From Eledone cirrhosa (taxonomy: Eukaryota), in contig OZ024743.1 in assembly GCA_964016885.1 (NCBI GenBank), forward strand, positions 46,996,001 through 47,060,000: a stretch of DNA of 64,000 nt, read 5' to 3'. A program made the translations under genes and the position numbers. Shown here in pieces: positions 10,225 to 23,002 of the stretch. Each line of letters opens with the position of its first letter. Positions within the stretch are counted from its first letter, which is position 1. Below the pieces are notes generated by a model that saw only the letters and a list, made by a program, of their open reading frames with translations, ran no database searches and was not told where the DNA came from.

Positions 10225-13200
10225 GAAGACCCCGAAAAACATGGGCGGAGCTGGTGAGAGCAGCTCAGATCTCTGAAGCTCACAGAGGAGATAACAAAGG
10301 ACCGTGACAAGTGGAGAGATGCTGAATAGGACCCATCCCACCCTTGCAAGCAGGGAAAAGCGGACGTAAAATGATGATGATGATGATGATGATGAGGATG
10401 ATATATGTATATTATGATATTTAAATAAAATGTGATTTTTACTCCTTGAACTTTTCATGAAACTTTTTTTCTGGGCTTTATACTATTTACTTCTTGTATT
10501 AAATTCTACATTTGATGTTTTCCGCATTTTACAGTTTCAGACAAACCCCATGGCCAAGTAGAATCCCACGAAGTTGAATCACATGGCAGCCATGATGACT
10601 CTCTTGAATCATCCACTCTTCAGTCCTTATTATACAACGAAAATAATCATGATGAAGACCACCAAGTGGTGTATCATAGAGGGCATCATAACACTGCCGT
10701 AGTTAAACAACATGGCCGGCATCATAACTATCATGACGAACATTCTGTGGTCACCCAGGCTATTACTACTTTAAGTAACATCTTACTGAACAGTACAAGT
10801 GATTATGAAGAGGATGATAACCACACCCTGTCTCATGGTGATGGAGAACACCATGGACACCATGGCCACTCAGATAAAGAAATTGCAGAACATACCCTCC
10901 ATTATGCTAGCCTTGCTATCCTCTGTATCTTTCTCGTTGAGGTAAGCATATTTTACATTCATTCCATATTTCTTTTTTTAGAGGAAATGGATAAAAGATA
11001 TAGGAAAGTATGGTCATTTTGTTGAATACATGCATAAAGAAACATCTCTGACCTCTGCTGGTACCTGGGTATATAGCACCCTAGTAGAGCTGGTACCTAG
11101 GTATTTAGCCCCCTAGTAGAGCTGGTACCTGGGTATTTAGCCCCCTAGTAGAGCTGGTACCTGGGTATTTAGCCCCCTTGTAGAGCTGGTACCTGGGTAT
11201 TAATCCCCCTAGTAGAGCTGGTACTTGGGTATTTAGCACCCTAGTAGAGCTGGTACCTGGGTATTTAGCACCCTAGGCCTGTCCTATAATGTGTGGCCCC
11301 TTAAAGTTATGCTTCACATTCTCACAAATAAAATAATTTCAACTTTGGTAAGCTAACAAACCAAATTTTTGACGCATCTTTTTTTCCTGACCACACTAAA
11401 AAAATTATTAAGCCTGCATTTTCCAGCACACAGTCCACATTCACACCAAATCATGTGGCAGGTCATGTGGCATACGATCCTCTCCACCACTTTGGATATT
11501 TCTAAAGATGTTTATCACTTTATTTATTGATCACATGCAATTATTACATATTTAATATAATTATAGAAATATGTATAAAATTGCCATCCTTTGAGGTTTG
11601 TGTCCTAGGTAATTGACTAATTAGCCGTAATAATAGTGTTGGCCTTGACCTTCACATTATTTCATTATAAAATGTGAAATATCTCACTTATTTCTTTCAG
11701 ATTCAATTTACTGTTCTCAAAGAATGTATTCTTTCTAGGTGATATTTCATTTCGATAATATGAATTGGATAGTAAATGTTACAAATATGATGATAGCAAA
11801 GATATTGAATTGTTGTTACCTTGCAGTTCTTTATAGGCCCATATATTTTGAGATAAAAATCCTGTCATCTTTTTATGAAGGGAATTTATCCCAAAATATA
11901 GGGACCTATAATGGATTCCCAGGCAACAATCCAACATCATTATTATCATCATATTTTAAACATTTACTGTCAAATTCACATTGTGGTGGCCTTCAAACAA
12001 AACATCAAAACGATTGTTGCAAAGAAATATCACCCAGAAAGAACACAGAAAGGCAGTGGGTTGGCAGTATCGGTAGAGGGTTGGACGCCATGCTTTTCAG
12101 CATAGAGTTATGGCCCTTTACTCCTAAGTTCAAATCCTGCTGAGGTTTACTTTGCCTTTCATCCCTACAGGGTTGATAAAATAAAGCCCCAGTAATACAC
12201 TAGGGTAAATGCTGACCTTGTGCCAAAAATAGAAACAATTATTATCATCATATTTTAACATTTACTGTGGTGGCCCTCAAACAAAACACTATTTCCTACA
12301 TTACACACTACTTCAAACAAACTACAACAACCTATAATTTTTTCAATGGCATCACCTATGTCTATAATCCCCTTGATTTTCCTTGACAAACTCATTCAAT
12401 CACTACATGCATCATATACACATTAGTTCATGAGTTGGACATTCAGTAGATTGAACAACTGGATGTTCATTCTCAGAACTGATGGAGGTTCCATCATTTT
12501 TACAAATAATTAGCAGTATCGATAGAGAGTCGGACATGCTTTCCAGCATAGTCACGTCCCTTTATGATGTGAGTTCAAATCCCGCTGAGATTAACTTAAA
12601 CTACCAGTAATGTACTGGGCAATTGTTGGCCTTGTGCCAAAAGTAGAAAATTATTACAAATAAACTATTTTTTTTAGGTGTTTTTTGCTTTTCCTTTATT
12701 GTGTTATGTTTAGTTTATTTAAATTTTTAATCAATGACATTGTGTAGTAGTTGTTAGTTGTTGTTATTTTATTATTGTAGGTCATATGTAAAGTTGTAGC
12801 TGAAGGAACTCACCTGTTGAAACATAAAGCTGAAGTATGTATACATAGTTTTCATTTATTCTTTTATTCTTTTACTACTTTCAGCCATTAAAATAATAAT
12901 AATGAAATTATTGTGTACAGTACTCAGGTGCACTACAACTCATCAAAGGTGCATGTATAGTACATAGAATAATATACAAATGTCAGGGAAGTGAATAGTG
13001 TATGAGTCATGATATACATGCGTGCATGTGTATGGAGGGGGAATATTAGGTGTAGTGTTGGCGAATCTCAGGAAGCATGCAGGTTTTAAAGAATGCAGTG
13101 TCTCGACAGCTAACAACTGATGCAGGTAGTTTGTTCCATGCTTCAGCAACTCTTAGCGTGAAAAACTCTTTCTGAAAGTCATGGGAGCTGTGTTGTTTTC

Positions 13201-13825
13201 TGACTTTGTTAGCCATGCTGTAGTAAGGCATTGATTTAGTTGATCATATCAATCTCTTGCCATTCATTATATTCCCCATGACTCTGTTAGACAGCATGGA
13301 CCTAACTCCCTACTTACCAGACCACAGGTCCACCAACTTTTTCTCAATCTGCCATTAGCAATACGAGGTCTGAAATATTGACATGTCCGAATCAGATGAT
13401 CTTTATCTATTTTGGACATAGTGCTAGAAAATGGAAGACTTCAGAGATTTTAAAGCATTAGGGGAACATTGAATTCCCTCTTCATTACACCCCATATGTA
13501 GTAGTCCAATGGATTCAGGTCAGGAGAGTTGGGAGGGGGGTTAACACCCTCTGGTGTTGTCCAGCAGAAGCAAGGGAGACAACCGTCTATGCATTTCAGG
13601 CTGTTTTCAAGTCCAGCAGCCGCAGAGCAGTATGAGGGATCGTCCTGACGATGGCCAGTCAAGCCTGAAATGCATAGACGGTTGTCCCCCTTGCTTCTGC
13701 TGGACAACACCAGAGGGCGTCAGCCATCCCTCCCCCTCCCCCCGGTGTTCGCATAGGTACGGCTTCCTAAAATCGTATTTCTTTCGAAATACGAAATTTC
13801 TATACACACACACACACACACACAT

Positions 13826-13882
<57 letters not shown>

Positions 13883-13970
13883 TACATATATACGCACACA
13901 TGAATATCTCTTTGTATGTTCCTTTCAGAATTATAATTTTCTCTCTTTCGCTCTCCCTCTTCTGTCTCCT

Positions 13971-14012
<42 letters not shown>

Positions 14013-17000
14013 CACACACATGTATTTCTGGCTTCATAGATTCATTTCTTCCACTCAAACAACTTTTGCTCAATCTTCAAAAATATTTGATCTCTCTTCT
14101 TACAATAACATTAATCAACCAACAAGTGTGTTTCCTTCCCTTCAAACAGTATTGATTATATTAAGTATTTCTTGAATGTCAGTCAACACAGAAACAGGAC
14201 AGTGTGTGGCTGTTTTTGCAGATGCAGGTTTCCTAGAACCTTAATGAGACATCAATATATTAATGGGTCGTCAATGCCATGTCTATATATATAAAGTTGT
14301 ATTCCTGTCTGTTTGTTTCTTTGTTCACAAACCCCTCCTATGGTTTTGGAGATAGACCCCCATAACCATATATATTCTGAAACTACATTGCCCAGGGTAC
14401 TTGGATAAGTATATTTCATTTTAATCAAAGGGTTTCCTGGGGGGAACACCCCCCCCCCCCACACTGAAAATATTTTTCCCTTCGATTTATATGAAATTTA
14501 AACCACAGGTAAATGACAAGATATGATGCCTATTCACAAAATTTCAATAATATGGGCGTTAAACCTTAATGGGAGTTAAACCCCTTATTAGGGTTTCCCA
14601 GGGGCACAAATGTAATTTTGATTTGATATATTACAAAAAATAATGTTTTTCAATTTTTCATGCATTACATTTTACATTGAGTAATATTGAAATGCAGAGT
14701 TTTTCTCCATAAATTATATCACTAATTTAAAATCAATCATCATTTTCTTACAACAAAAAAATGTGTGAAATGCAGCAAGGTGCAGGTAATTCGGCTAGTG
14801 GTATATAAATCTACAAGTGGTTTCACTTTACTTCACTAATTCAGCAAGCAAATAAATGATAAACATATAAAGGTCAATGTTTTCTATCTCTGAGATACTT
14901 CTATTTGTACATATAACATTTGTAATACCTCCGACATACATGCTCTCATGCTGATCCATCTGGTACTGGAGAGCCATGGACCTTATCTCACATTAATCTA
15001 TCTGGTAAAGGAGAACCACAGGCATACATATTTCTGTCATAAATCAACAGACATACAGATATGTATCTCTCATGCTGATCTATCTGGTATAGAAGTCATA
15101 GACCTTCTCACACATCTGGTGCAGAAAAGTCACAGACAGACATGTTACACTCACACTAATCCATTTGGTACACAAGAGCAACAGCCATATATATTTCTCT
15201 CGACATTGATCCATCTGGTACATAACAACAGTCATACATCTTTCTCTCATACAGAAGAGCGACAGACACACAGGCATCCATCAACAGATGAGAGAAACAT
15301 GTGTCTGTTGTTATGTCCTAGATGGATCAGTGTTGTGAGAAATATGTGTAGTTGTTATGTCCTAGATGGATCAGTGTTGTGAGAAATATGTGTAGTTGTT
15401 ATGTGTTAGATAGATCAGTGTTGTGAGAAACATGTGTAGTTGTTATGTCCTAGATGGATCAGTGTTGTGAGAAATATGTGTAGTTGTTATGTCCTAGATG
15501 GATCAGTGTTGTGAGAAATATGTGTAGTTGTTATGTGTTAGATAGATCAGTGTTGTGAGAAACATGTGTAGTTGTTATGTGTTAGATAGATCAGTGTTGT
15601 GAGAAATATGTGTAGTTGTTATGTGTTAGATAGATCAGTGTTGTGAGAAACATGTGTAGTTGTTATGTGTTAGATAGATCAGTGTTGTGAGAAACATGTG
15701 TAGTTGTTATGTGTTAGATAGATCAGTGTTGTGAGAAACATGTGTAGTTGTTATGTATTAGATAGATCAGTGTTGTGAGAAACATGTGTAGTTGTTATGT
15801 GTTAGATAGATCAGTGTTGTGAGAAATATGTGTAGTTGTTATGTGTTAGATAGATTGGTGTTGTGAGAAATATGTGTAGTTGTTATGTGTTAGATAGATC
15901 AGTGTTGTGAGAAACATGTGTAGTTGTTATGTGTTAGATAGATCAGTGTTGTGAGAAACATGTGTAGTTGTTATGTGTTAGATAGATCAGTGTTGTGAGA
16001 AACATGTGTAGTTGTTATGTGTTAGATAGATCAGTGTTGTGAGAAACATGTGTAGTTGTTATGTGTTAGATAGATCAGTGTTGTGAGAAACATGTGTAGT
16101 TGTTAGGTGTTAGATAGATCAGTGTTGTGAGAAACATGTGTAGTTGTTATGTGTTAGATAGATCAGTGTTGTGAGAAACATGTGTAGTTGTTATGTGTTA
16201 GATAGATCAGTGTTGTGAGAAACATGTGTAGTTGTTATGTGTTAGATAGATCAGTGTTGTGAGAAACATGTGTAGTTGTTATGTGTTAGATAGATCAGTG
16301 TTGTGAGAAACATGTGTAGTTGTTATGTGTTAGATAGATCAGTGTTGTGAGAAACATGTGTAGTTGTTATGTGTTAGATAGATTGGTGTTGTGAGAAACA
16401 TGTGTAGTTGTTATGTGTTAGATAGATTGGTGTTGTGAGAAACATGTGTAGTTGTTATGTGTTAGATAGATCAGTGTTGTGAGAAACATGTGTAGTTGTT
16501 ATGTGTTAGATAGATCAGTGTTGTGAGAAATGTGTGTGTCTGTTGTTCTTTAGTACAGTAGCTAAAATGACCACCAACTTGTCACTCTGTCTATTTAACA
16601 TTGACACCCCTCAATACACAACAATAATCACTTCGTTAGTAATTAACCTGAATTCGTCAGTATCATTATTATTAACTCTTAACATCCTGTAGTAATTTAG
16701 CAAAAAATATCTAAAAACAGGTTTGTTAATTCAAATGTTTATAGTATATTTACTAGTAAATATATTGTTGTGAAACTTTGCAGTATCAACCTAAATACTT
16801 TCATTTTTAGTGTGAGGCAGTCATAGTGCTGTTTTGTACTTTTCAAGAATGTCTTGCTAATGTGGTTTCATGTGGTTCAGGACATTAAGAGTTAATAACT
16901 TATGTTCTCCTTCTCTTTCTTCTTCAGGTCCTCGATGCCATTGTTGTTGTTGTGTCTTTCACATTGGATATCGTCTTCTCCTTTGTTGATGTTGCTCAGG

Positions 17001-20000
17001 CAGCAAAAGATGCTGCTGGTTTGATGGTCATGTTAAGATTGTGGCGTATCACTCGAATTATCAATGGTAGGTAATATAAAACACTTTCAAGGATCAGAAA
17101 CATTTTCAATTGGAAGAACAGTTTTAGTTAAAATAAGCCCAAACAATTCAGACTATCAGAGTTAGAACCAATAATACATACAAGACAACCTTCTAGCTAA
17201 CCTTTTTCTTACTTAATCTGGTTTTTTTTATTTGAATCTTATTTGAAACTAATACTAATACTATCAATAATGATTTCTACTTTAGGCACAAGGTCAGCAA
17301 TTTTGGGGGGAGAGGAAAGTCAATTAAATCAACCCCATTGCATTACTGATACTTTATTTTATCAACCTCCATAAGGTTGACAGGCAAAGCTAGCCTCAGC
17401 GTGATTTGAACTCAGAGCATAAAGGGACGTAACTCTATGCCGCAAAGCGTGGTGTCCGATGCTCTACCGATACTGCCAATCAATAATGATGGCAATAGTG
17501 TTGACTGTGTTTAATATCTGGAGTTCTGGATTGATATGTCATAATATACTAGGATTGATACCTTATTTCATCAAAGATAAATTATTATATCAAAATGCCC
17601 CCCACCCCCAATAATTATATTTTTCTCCCCAAACTACCAAAACACACTACTATTTGTATATGCCCTACGATTTATGTACATGTTATGTTTATCACATATC
17701 AAAGTTTTTTTTTAAATATTGGTTGATAATAACAGCTAAACTAATCACTATAAGTAAATAGACCAAATTTCGCCTCACCAATTCAGAAATACTTCCACCC
17801 TCCCTGAACACATATGGTGTATTATTATGTATGGTACCTTCAATATCCTGGTCATGAGTTGTGGATTTTAATTTAATAGAAAAAGTAAATAAATGAAATA
17901 AAATGAAAATTTCCAACTGCCAAAGTGCCACACATTGTGGAAAATTGACAGAGTTGTTAGAACATCAGATAGAATGTTTTGCAGTATTTCTTCCAGCTTT
18001 CTATATTCTTTAAGTTCAAATCTTGTTGAGGTCAACTTTGCATTTCCTTCTTTCAAGGTTGATAAAAAAAATGTTCAGTCCAATACTGGGGTCGATTCTT
18101 CCTCTATATCTCTTTCTCATTTACTCTCTATCACTCTCCACCCCCTTCTCTGGTTGTGTTCTGGTCTGGAAAGGGGATGGGTACTGCCAGGTTTAAAGTG
18201 CCCAAGACACACCATATGTTATAACAGCACCCCTACAACTCCACCAGAAGTTACAGGTCTAAACATATATACAAGAACCACATGAGATAGGTTAAAGAGC
18301 TGCCGGTGCCTGACCCATGCTTAAATACAATAGTGTTTAACAAAAGGTTAAAATGTCATTTTATTTATATTATATAATATAAAGCATATACATATGGGGT
18401 CAATCCCTTATAAATCTCATCCCCAAATACTCTCAGTTTGGGCTTTCAGAAAGGTATAAATATCACCACATCCTATTCAAGAGATCTCATCTGTCATTTA
18501 AACTAAAATTTAAGATATGTTGCTATTAACCTGTTTATAATATAATTGTTTCTACTTTTGGCACAAGGCCAGCAATTACCCAGTACATTATTGGTACTTT
18601 ATTTTATCGACCCCGTAAGGATGAAAGGCAAAGTTAACCTCGGCGGGATCTGAACTCAGAATAGTAAGGGCCGTAACTCTATGCGTCAATGCATGGTGTA
18701 CAACCCTCTACTGATACTGCCAATTCACCTGTTTATAATATAATATAATATCTATATAAAACTGAGGATGTCTGTATGTGTGCGTGTGAGTTTGAATCCC
18801 TAAAACTCGAGAAACACCTAACCGACTGTTTTCAAACTTTACACATGTAATACTTCAGGGAGTGTTCTGAGGGAGTGTTCTGAGAGTGTTCAGGGAGCGT
18901 TCTGAGCAAAAAAGATTTCAAATTTTCAATGCCCTAGGGACCGCATTAGGCGATTTAGCGATCTCTCTCTATAATTCTTAGTCTTTCTTTTTTAGATAGA
19001 TACATACATATAACGTCGCGCCCTTATAATATCTGTCTGTATGTCTGACTGTCTGCATTACGTCACTCCCCTGAGGATATCTGTCTGTGTGTGTGCGTGT
19101 GTCTGTGAGTTTGAATCCCTATAATATAATATGATATAATATAATATAATATAATATAATATAATATAATATAATATAATTGTTTCTACTTTAGGCACAA
19201 GGCCAGCAATTACCCAGTACATTACTGGTACTTTATTTTATCGACCCCGTAAGGATGAAAGGCAAAGTTAACCTCGGCGGGATTTGAACTCAGACTGTAA
19301 AGGGACGTAACTATGCTAGAAAGCATGGCGTCCAACCCTCTACCGATACTGCCAATTCACATATGATATGATATGATATGATATGATATGATATGATATG
19401 ATATGATATGATATATGATGTGATGTGATGCGATGCGATGCGATGCGATGCGATGCGATGCGATGCGATGCGATGCGATGCGATGCGATGCGATGCGATA
19501 TGATATGATATGATATGATATGATATGATATGATGATATGATATGATATGATATGATATGATATATGATCATCATCAGGTCGAGATTGCTCGGCTTTCTA
19601 TGACACGTTTCCTCCATCCATCTCTGTCTCTCATAGCGTTTGCCAGTTCTTCCGCAGTGCATCCAGTATCGTCCTCAAGTTGCTTGACGTATGTCTTCTT
19701 GGGACGACCAGTGTTTCTTGCTCCATGAGATGGACTCCATAACAACACATCACCTGCTATTTCTTCCTTGCTGCGCCAACAGTGGCCAGCAAATCTGAGT
19801 CTCTGTCCACGTATTGACCTGCTGATAGGTGGTATATTGCCATAGAGATCCTTATTTGTTGGGTGTTCCCTCCAAGACACGTTTAAAGCAGCGCGGAGCA
19901 TAGGTGTGTATGCCCCGTCTAGCTTTTTCTCCAGTTTCGACGTTAGCGTCCAAGTGATAGAGCCATAAACAAGCACAGACTCCACAGCAGCTCTGAAGAA

Positions 20001-22736
20001 ATTCCTTTTCAGTTTGGCCGGCAGGTTTGATTTCCACATCTTTTCCATTGCATTCAATGCTCCCCAGGCTTTTCCCTACTTCACAGCATCAAATCAGTTG
20101 CAAAGGAAATCAGTCTCTATGTCAACGCAGGCAAAACAGAATATATTAGCCTGGAGGCACATGGCTTAGTGGTTAGAGCATTGGGCTTGCAATCGAAAGG
20201 TTGTGAGTTTAATTCTTGTACCGGGTGATGTGTTGTTTCCTTGAGCAAGACACTTTATTTCACATTGCTCCAGTTTACTCAGCTGTAGAAATGAGATAGG
20301 ACTGGGGTCCCTATCATTCCACTGCAAAGTGGTCGTAGAGGTGCCACGGCAAAAAAGGACCCAGCCCACACTGTAAAGTGGACGTGTAGGCGCCACGGGA
20401 AAAAAATCACCCACCACTCACTGTAAATGAGGTTGGTGTTAGGAAGGGCATCCAGTTGTAGAAATCAATTCAGAATCAATTCCCGTCCCACCCTTGCAAG
20501 CAGGGAAAAGCGGACGTAAAATGATGATGATGATGATGATGATGATGAACCAAGACTCCTCAGTTGGTATGCGAAGTCTAAACGCCGATATAATCAAGCA
20601 AGTTGATGACTTCAAATACCTGGGTAGCTAATATAATATAATATAATATAATATAATATAATATAATATAATATAATATAATATAATATAATATAATATA
20701 ATATAATATAATATAATATAATATAATATAATATAATATAATATAATATAATATAATATAATATAATATAATATAATATAATATAATATAATATAATATA
20801 ATATAATATAATATAATATAATATAATATAATATAATATAATATAATATAATATAATATAATATAATATAATATAATATAATATAATATAATATAATATA
20901 ATATAATATAATATAATATAATATAATATAATATAATATAATATAATATAATATAATATAATATAATATAATATAATATAATATAATATAATATAATATA
21001 ATATAATATAATATAATATAATATAATATAATATAATATAATATAATATAATATAATATAATATAATATAATATAATATAATATAATATAATATAATATA
21101 ATATAATATAATATAATATAATATAATATAATATAATATAATATAATATAATATAATATAATATAATATAATATAATATAATATAATATAATATAATATA
21201 ATATAATATAATATAATATAATATAATATAATATAATATAATATAATATAATATAATATAATATAATATAATATAATATAATATAATATAATATAATATA
21301 ATATAATATAATATAATATAATATAATATAATATAATATAATATAATATAATATAATATAATATAATATAATATAATATAATATAATAAAAAGACCATTT
21401 CTATGAGGCCTCTTACAGACTGCCCCAATGATAGATGACAAGGTTCTTATGATCACAGCTGGTGACTTCAATGGACATGATGAGAAATATCATGATGAAT
21501 TCCCTGGCATGACGGAGGCATGTTCTGCATCACAAAGATCTGAAGTGTTTCAGATTGTGAGACAGTGTACAAGGGAAAGTCATGATATGGTTGGGGAAAA
21601 GTGCATTTGAAATGATGGTGGATCACTGGCCTTGTTTGTTGTTGAAAAGAAGGAAGCATGGAAGACTTACTATGAGAGATTGACTGAAGAGAATAAATGG
21701 GACAGCAAGGGCCTCCCCCATGTAGATCCAACTGAGGGACCAGCCATAAAGATTGACAGCAGTTTCATAGATAAAGTAATTATGAGCATGAAGGTAGGGA
21801 AGGCTAGCTGGTCCAGCTGGTATAGTTGCTGAGATGCTAAAAACATCTGGCATGGTAGGATATGTACTCGTCAGACACATAGTTAACCAAGGAGTACAGG
21901 AAGGGGTCATATGCCATGACTGGTGCAACAGTGTCATTGTAAACTGCTACAAGAACAAAGGAGATGCACTAGAGAGATGTAACAACAGAAATATCAAGTT
22001 GATGGACCAGGTCATGAAAATTGCTGAGGGGCTTATAACATAACTCGGGGGGGGGGGGGGGCTTGAAGGCGTTGTTGGTTTAGTCGCTGATGACCCAACC
22101 ATGCACTGGTTGTGATGGGTTACATGTTACCAGTTGTGCATAAAACCTTTATATACAAAGAGAATAATCTGGTTTACCAACAATTCATAATTATATATAC
22201 AGGGTGCCCCCTAAAATTGTATACACACTTCAACAGCATTCTAATGAATATTTCCTGTACAGATATATTTATTAGAAAGTGTGTATACATTTTTTGGGGG
22301 ACACCCTGTATATATATATATAGACCCGCCTTGCCTAAGTACAAAGCGAAACCTAGTCAGTAGGCACCTCTAAACAAAAATACACCCCCCGTCCCACTAC
22401 CCCCACCCCATCCACACCACCCCTTTCGATATAAAGTTATGTTGGTACCACAACATCCAGTCCGAAATAAATGAGGTCGAGTAGGTGTCACAGCAAAAAA
22501 ACACACAGTCCACGCTGTAATGTGGTTGTGTAGGTAACACAGTAAAAAGCTCCCAGTCCACACTGTAAACGTGGTTGGTGTTAGGAAGGGCATCCAGCCA
22601 TAGAAAACCCGCCAGACAGTCCTATATGAGCAAGACAACCAATCTTGCCTCAAGTGGGAAAATTCCCGTCCAAACCCATGCAATCGTGGAAGATGGACGT
22701 TAAACGATGATGATGATGATGATGATGATATATATA

Positions 22737-22782
<46 letters not shown>

Positions 22783-22971
22783 GAAGGAAGTGTGGTAAGG
22801 AACCAGGGGACCATAATGCACCAGAGTACTCGATACTTTGGGTAGTAGAGTGGGTAGTAGGAAAGAGTCAGGACCCCGACGGCAGTGCTCCTATATATAT
22901 ATATACTACCCTAAGTATTGAGTACTCTGGTGCGTTATGGTCCATCTGGTTCCTTACCACAATTCCTTTGT

Positions 22972-23002
<31 letters not shown>

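Noticed and set aside
15290-16535. CRISPR-like regular repeats (also 11057-11276 and 35787-36632)
   Set aside because: Units are directly tandem with no unique spacers, there are no cas genes, and the context is a eukaryotic intron.
8320-17066. TMEM266 or voltage-sensing phosphatase identity for the gene
   Set aside because: The S1 Asp with [10 protein letters not shown] and a coiled coil, and the absence of a phosphatase or pore domain, fit an Hv proton channel.
20578-21471. Long ORFs over simple repeats (IILYY, poly-T, poly-V, poly-S, YIYI, and the His/Asp ORF at 2631-2993)
   Set aside because: These are translations of microsatellites without stops in some frames; there is no splice or homology support.
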